Source of the DNA: an uncultured Methanomicrobiaceae archaeon
GTDB lineage: Archaea; Halobacteriota; Methanomicrobia; Methanomicrobiales; Methanoculleaceae
DNA: 64,000 nt
Assembly (NCBI GenBank): GCA_963826525.1
Contig: CAWGXH010000004.1
Span: forward strand, 1,376,001 to 1,440,000
Direction of reading: 5' to 3'
Shown: in pieces, positions 57,873-64,000 of the stretch
Position numbering within the stretch: position 1 is the first letter of the stretch
How the letters are laid out: each line of letters starts with the position of its first letter
Notes under the pieces: model-generated
Databases searched by the model: none
What the model was told of the DNA's origin: nothing
Seen by the model: only the letters and a program-made list of their open reading frames with translations
Made by a program: the position numbers and the translations under genes

Positions 57873-58318
57873 TTACCCGTCCCGTCCCGAAGCCATCCTG
57901 ATCATCGCCCGTTTCGCCCGCTCGAAGTGATCTCCCATCTCGAACAGTTCCGCCTTCCCGATACCCGTAGCGCTCCTTCGAGGTTCGCCCCTTCACCACC
58001 GATATGGCGGTGCACGGCCTGCCGCAGCTCCACCAGATCCACAAGCCACGCCCCCTGTTCTATCGGAGTTCTGTCGAGCCGGCCGAAGATCTTCCGAAAA
58101 GAGTTATGCTCCTCGTTCGACGCTGCGATCCGCTCGTGCATCCTCCGCTCCATCCGCCGGTACAGCGTCGCCTCTTCACCGTGCATGTGGCCCTGCAGTT
58201 CATGCTTCATCGTCTTGCAGTCACACCTGCACCGGTCATCCCGTTCCTCGAGTGCCTTGAGCAGCTGCAGCACCAGGGCGTGGTCATGACGGATCATGTC
58301 GACGATATGCAGATTCAT
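57873..58318 (-). CDS. Hemerythrin HHE domain protein paralog (frameshift near 57960)
   Basis: HDH, HMHGEEATLY, EEH, HIGGE; alternate frame ends ELFEMGDHFERAKR. Confidence 0.7.
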
Positions 58319-58536
58319 ACCGATACCTTACCTGCGGGTGTATGACGATCGCAGGGAGAATAAAGTATCCGTGCTCTCTTTTTCGTTCCCACGGCCGGGC
58401 TACTGCCATCGACGGTTCCCCCCTCCGGAGTGCCATGTCCCGTACCTGCAGACGATATGCTCGCTTCCCCGGGGAATGCAAGATCGGGGGCTCCTGACTG
58501 ATATACATAAATGGGGGCTGTACCTATTCTGTTGCT

Positions 58537-59842
58537 ATGCAGGAGAAACGGCCGGAGATACTGCGGACGAAGGTGCCTCTCCGGCGGGAGCTCGGCCTTG
58601 TCGCGATCACCCTCTCCGGAGTCGGGATCATCCTCGGGGCAGGGATCTATGCGCTCCTCGGAGAGGCGACCGCGCTTGCCGGAAACGCCGTCTGGCTGAC
58701 ATTTGCGATCTCGGCGCTGATAGCCGGTTTCACCGCCCTCAGTTATGCCGAGCTCTCCTCGATGTATCCGCGGGCAAGCGCCGAGTACCGAGTACGTCTC
58801 GAACGCAATCGGCAGGAGAGTCGCCTTCGTCATCGGGTGGCTGATCATCCTCTCCGGCATCTTCGGTGTCGCAACCGTCTCGCTCGGGTTCGGGGGATAC
58901 TTCTCCGATCTCGTGGGCGTCCCTCTTCTCGCATCGGCAGTCGCTCTCGTCCTGGTTCTCTCGGCGATTCTTCTGTACGGCATCCGCGAGACGGCCACGG
59001 TCGCCATCATCCTGACGCTCATCGAGGCCGCCGGCATCGTAATGATCATTCTTATCGGTCTCCCGTACCTCGGCAGCGTCGATTACCTGGAGATGCCGTT
59101 CGGTTTTTCGGGCATCTTTCAGGCATCGGCGCTCGTCTTCTTCGCATATATGGGATTTGAGGAGATGGTCAAACTCTCGGAGGAAGTACATGACCCGGAG
59201 CGCACTATCCCGCTCGCACTGATCCTGGCACTCGGGATAACGATCGTCCTCTATATTCTCGTCTCGCTCGCAGCGGTCTCCGTCGTCGGGTGGGAACATC
59301 TCTCAGCCTCCCGCGCTCCCTTTGCCGACGTGGCGTACGTAGCGCTCGGGAGTCCCGCCTTTACCATCATCTCCGTTATCGCTCTCTTTGCTACCGCCAA
59401 CACTGCTCTTCTTATGCTGGTCGCCGCATCGAGGATTACTTATGGAATGGCGGAGTCGTACTCCCTGCCCCGCCTGCTGGCACGCGTCAGCCCCAAAACC
59501 CGTACTCCCTGGGTAGCAATCCTCGCTATCATGCTCCTTTCCATCGCCTTTATCTTCGCCGGGGAGATCTCCTTTGTCGCGAACGTCACGAACTTCATGC
59601 TCTTTCTGACGTTCATCGTCATCAACGCGGCCGTCATCCTGCTGCGCCTGCGGGCTCCCGGGCTTGAACGGCCTTTCAGGACTCCGGGAACGATCGGCCG
59701 GGTGCCGGTCCTTCCCGTGCTCGGCATCATCACCAGTTTCGCGTTGCTCACGCAGCTCGAACCCGCTGTCCTGCTCATCGGCGGTGCACTGACTATACTC
59801 GGGATGCTGCTCTCGATAATCGAACTCGGGCGTGAGCCATGA
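58537..59842 (+). CDS. APC-family amino acid permease (frameshift near 58788)
   Basis: LRRELG, G.ILGAGIY, SYAELSS.YP, FFAYMGFE, SRITYGMA, RPFRTPG. Confidence 0.9.
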
Positions 59843-59933
59843 TCCGGAAGTCCTATTGTCACTCTATTGATGTATTGTTGGCCTATATTTGGATATATTC
59901 TCATTCGAGAACTGATATATCTCTCTCCTGCCC

Positions 59934-60820
59934 ATGCTTTTGTGCATGAAACTTTCATCTCCACCTCGTAACGCTGGTGCGGCGCTGAGCGCGCTCGCTA
60001 TTCTTGTGATCGCTGCAACGCTCTTTGCCGGGTGTACCGGAACCGGCACCGAGCAGCAGCAGACTGCAGAACCGCAGACGATCTCGGTGACGGGATCGAC
60101 GACCGTGCTTCCCATCGCACAGGCCGCAGCGGATGCCTATATGAGCAAGGACTCCCTGGCCGACATTCAGGTCAGCGGTGGTGGGTCAGGCGTCGGTGTT
60201 CAGGCTGTCGGTGAAGGCACCGCCGATATCGGCATGTCCTCCCGCGATGTGAAGGCCGCCGAGAAAGAGAAGTACCCGAACCTTGTAGAGCAGGTCGTTG
60301 CCATCGACGGCATCGCCGTGATCGTCAACCCGAGCAACCAGGTCGCCAGCCTGACGCTCGACCAGGTGAGAGGCATCTACAACGGCACCTACACGAACTG
60401 GAATGCAGTCGGCGGCTCCGCCGGCGAGATTGTCGTCATCGGCCGTGACAGTGCTTCCGGCACCCGTGAATACTTCTCCGAATCGGTCATGCAGACGGAA
60501 GACTTCGTCCAGACACCAGCTCGAGAAGAACTCGAACGGTGCAGTGCAGCAGACCGATCGCCCAGACCCCCGGTGCCGTCGGGTATGTCGGTATCGGATA
60601 CCTTGACGCGACCGTGAAGGGTGTCCCGCTTGTGGTGAACGGCAAGACCGTGGCACCGACCCTCGAGACCGTCAAGAGCAATGAGTACCCGGTTTCCCGG
60701 TCGCTGTATATGCTCACGGTGGGCGAGCCGACCGGTCTTGCAAAGGATTACATCGACTTCATCCTCAGTGATGAAGGCCAGGCAATCGTTGAAGAGGAAG
60801 GATTCGTTCGCATCGACTGA
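59934..60820 (+). CDS. pstS: Phosphate ABC transporter substrate-binding lipoprotein (2 frameshifts)
   Basis: Lipobox FAGC, GSTTV, GGGSGVG, IGMSSR, RDSASGT, YPVSRSLY. Confidence 0.88.
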
Positions 60821-60957
60821 AGCAGCAGAGACCTGCTCACCTCCCCCTTTCTCTCTCTCGTATCTCCCCCTTTGGTTCTGTATGCCGGGTGCAGAGGCCG
60901 CACGACGATCGAAACGCCAAAATTTGCAAACTCCGGGCACCGTCCTTCCGGACGCAC

Positions 60958-62488
60958 CTATGATCCCGGCATCCGGCTCCCGGTGCCTGCCCGGTACTGC
61001 TCGATCTCGCCGTAGGCCTTCAGTTTTCTTCCTTCGAGGATGGAGACTGCTCCGTGGCCGCAGCAGATGATGCACGGCCTTTCGGAATGACGTAACGATG
61101 CATCCCGGCTGCCGACCAGCTCGAGCAGGGCTCTTCGCTCCATGCGGGCGCGGTCGCTGTCGACGTTGACCGACGTCACCAGAAAATCTGCGAGTGCATT
61201 ATACCTGCTCCGCCTCTCGTCGAGGCTGTCGAAGTTGATCAGAGTATCGCTGGTAAAGAGCAGGCCCTGCTCTCTGCAGTAGAGATAGAACAGGCCGTGG
61301 AGGTGCCCGCCGAGGCTCTCCAGAACCTCAAACTCCAGATCGCCGATAGTAACCCGGTCGAGGATCGGGAAGATCGACCGCTTCTCCTCCGACTCTGTAG
61401 GAAAGAGCACCAGATCTTCGGGCGGCCGGAACTCGGAGAAGAGGTTGATGACGGTGGTATAGACTTCTTCGAGGATGGAACTCTCGCTCCGCGAACCGTA
61501 CGCCCGGTTTGCCTCCCTGATGACCTCGATCGAGCCCGGATGCAGCAGCGACGGAGCCTGCAGGTATCCCGCCCCGCCGCAGTGGTCGGCATCCGCATGC
61601 GTGATGAAGACTCTCCCGGGCGCCCCCGTATCGCAGAGCCCGTAATGCCGCAGCATCGCTGCAATCTCCCGGTGGTAGATGCCGTAGCCGGTGTCGACCA
61701 TCACCGTCTCGTCGGGCGTCCGGAGGAGGTAGACGTTCCCACCGCAGGGCATCTGGAAACAGAAGAGATCGGTATCTCCGGTGACGGGTATCCGCTGTAC
61801 ATCGGCGTAGAAGTTTTCGCCGCGTGTGCTCTGCAGCGTCTTTCCGGTGAGAAGAATGGTCCTGAAGACTTCCGCGGGGTCGGTTCCGCGGCTCTGGAGC
61901 TCCTGGACGATGTGGTTGATGTCGTGGAGGAGCTGCAGGAGGAACTCGTCCTCCGCCTCGCCGATAAGTTCCCGAAGCTCCTGGGCGAACTTGACGTAGA
62001 AGACCGTATCGTCGAGGTGCTTTCCGGTCGTGTCGTACTCGATGATCTCGAGGCGGTATCGGGGTTTGAGCTCGATTAAGGAGGTGATTGACGACGGTGG
62101 TCTCCTCGACGTTCAGGCTCACTTTCAGCCGGTCTGGGTGTTTTCCACGATCGTCGAAGTTGATGTACGCGATGTTTGCCCGACTGGCCGTGATGTACTC
62201 GAGAAAATCAAAGAGGGCGCCGGACTGGTGCGGCAGGTAGACGTAAAACGTGAGAACCCCAAGCGTTGGAAGGGACTTCTGCAGATATCCGATGGCGTGC
62301 AGATCGTCCTTCATCGCCCGGTATATTTCCTCTGTTGTCGTCACTTCAAAGAAAACCGTGGCTGTGTCGATCCTTCGGTCGTAGTGAACCCGGTTGATAT
62401 TGCCGTCGTACTGCTTGACGATCTCGGCTGCTCTATGGAGAGCACCCGGCTTGTCAGGCATGTGAGCTATGAATGAATATCTCTTCAA
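60958..62488 (-). CDS. ACT-ACT-MBL-fold hydrolase fusion (frameshift near 62073)
   Basis: N-terminal PDKPGAL and PHQSGAL ACT motifs; C-terminal DTGYG, THADADH, GGH, CGHG. Confidence 0.8.
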
Positions 62489-62715
62489 CCTGCCTCTCCC
62501 TCGAAATTCGTGAATGGTACGTTTGTGTTTGTTCTATTTATCTCGTAGGGGTGACAGGGTGAAGCGGAACGACTTGGGAAAGCAGATGCGGAACATTCCG
62601 CGCCTATTTCGCGGATCGGGTTCATCTCTGCCGGCCCATGCTCCACGCCGCAGCGAAAGAGGGCCGGGGTGCGGCATTCAACGCCTGAATAAGTAGAAGC
62701 AACGGGCTTTCGGCG

Positions 62716-62921
62716 TTACTCTGACGGGAAGCGGCCGACGGTCTGCGGCTTTGCCTGCCGGACGGCCTGTTTCGTCCGTAGGAGCGCCCGAAGTCCGGTT
62801 GCGAAAGCTACGACCAGCACGATGCAGAAGCGGACTGCCGCATCCCGGAGAACGAGGGAAACCTTTCTCGGTATAGGGTCACTCCGGTCGATCTCTCTGC
62901 GGAAAACGGTTATTTGTATCA
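62716..62921 (-). CDS. Possible small membrane protein
   Basis: MIQITVFRRE...FCIVLVVAFATGL single hydrophobic segment in an otherwise empty 740-bp gap. Confidence 0.3.
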
Positions 62922-63228
62922 TGCGAGGAGATGCCTGCTTCTGGTATATCAACGTTGTGCGAAATGGCGGGGTGGAGCAGTCCTGCGAGTCTCGATTCCC
63001 ACACGTTTGCCCGCACCGATACGGAAAGCGAGTAGGGCCGTCCTTCCGGTCGGGTGCGGACGAGCAGGACGGAGAGGCAGTTTTAGTATAGGTCTCCCGC
63101 CCCGGTGCACGGGTCTGCAGGCGATCCCGTAGGCTGGAGAGGCGGTGTCCGTGTGAAAAGGTTTTTATGGTCGGAGAGATACTTCCTCACGTTTCGGCAG
63201 GCCCCACCGTCCCGGGAAGGCACCCTTC

Positions 63229-63729
63229 TTATCTGATTTTCTCGATGAGCCCTGACGCCCAGGTGTGGATCTCGTCCCAATTCCGGTAGTCGCCGCTTGG
63301 AGCCCGGATGAGGGTGATGATCGCCCGGTCGGGGAGTGACAGTCGGAAGGTTCCAGTCTTCCTGCGAAGAGTCCGATCTCGATCGGCTGCACAAGAAGCC
63401 TGACCTGATCCATCGAGGCTTCCGCCCGCCGGTAGCCGTCCTCGGTCTTATCGGCAACCGTCATACCGACAGCAAAGAAGGCGACCGGCATCCGGCGGAG
63501 TTCTGTCTGCCTCCGTTCGATAAAGAGTCTGTGCATCGGAGAGCCACTTGCCCATGTATATCGGGCTTCCGACGACCGCTGCCCGGTAACGGCCGAGATC
63601 GGTGACTTCCTCAACGGGCAGGAGATCGACGCTCTCCCCGCCGGAGCGGAGGGTATCGGCAATGGCACTGGCAATCTCTTTTGTGGAGCCGTACCGGGTT
63701 GCATAAGCAACCAGAATTGTATCGTCCAT
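63229..63729 (-). CDS. Flavodoxin-domain (HemG-like) protein (2 frameshifts)
   Basis: LVAYATRYGSTKEIA, VGSPIYMGKW, PVAFFAVG, FAGRL, DYRNWDEI..WA. Confidence 0.85.
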
Positions 63730-63861
63730 ACTGGTTCTCATTTTTATCCCGCAGGTATATATGCATACCTTCCGGTATCGGAGAGAGGAGCGAACCGTCA
63801 CGAATCTCCGCCCCGGGGGTATCGGTTAATGTTATTACATGCAAAACCCATGTCAGGGACG

Positions 63862-64000
63862 ATGGCAGGGAACTCTCAGGAAGCCAATACATGGTACAAC
63901 CGGGGCAGATATTTCAGCGATGCAGGAGCGTACGACCAGGCCGCCCTCTGTTTTGGCCGGGCACTGGAGTATAATCCGGGAGATGCCCGCGCCTGGCGAC
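63862..64000 (+). CDS. TPR-repeat protein (partial)
   Basis: MAGNSQEANTWYNRG...YDQAALCFGRALEYNPGDARAW. Confidence 0.75.
   Translation, partial: MAGNSQEANTWYNRGRYFSDAGAYDQAALCFGRALEYNPGDARAWR

Overview
GC-rich core-chromosome segment of a methanogenic archaeon. The 16S sequence and gene content point to Methanomicrobiales (Methanoculleus-like; this assignment is from recognition, not a search). In order, the window holds: a GNAT/arsM/HgcC-like/KamA-like stretch; an Fe-S and sulfur-relay cluster (nadA, ubiquitin-like SAMP, ncsA/TtuA, methanogenesis marker 8, a Cys-rich HTH regulator, iscS, iscU, a ThiF/UbaA E1); Hsp20 and a lipoprotein serpin; DNA ligase and nre; a YgiQ radical SAM gene; tRNA-Val; serA; ppsA-mfnA-hpt-dph2-METTL5-MFS-ABC1; FTR and purQSC; cofG/cofC; a glyA-folD-folP-cofE-like operon; smc-scpA; a complete rRNA operon (16S, tRNA-Ala, 23S, tRNA-Cys, 5S); and hemerythrins, a permease, pstS, an ACT-MBL fusion and a flavodoxin. 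About 17 genes carry single-base frameshifts, most likely assembly errors, and these hide at least two genes from the ORF track (an HNH nuclease and an ABM-like protein). The best candidate novel system is a 16-bp palindrome (ATTCACAATTGTGAAT) found in three promoter regions of the sulfur/Fe-S cluster, next to a Cys-rich HTH regulator. This suggests an undescribed IscR-analogous regulon. No CRISPR array, transposase or integrase was seen.
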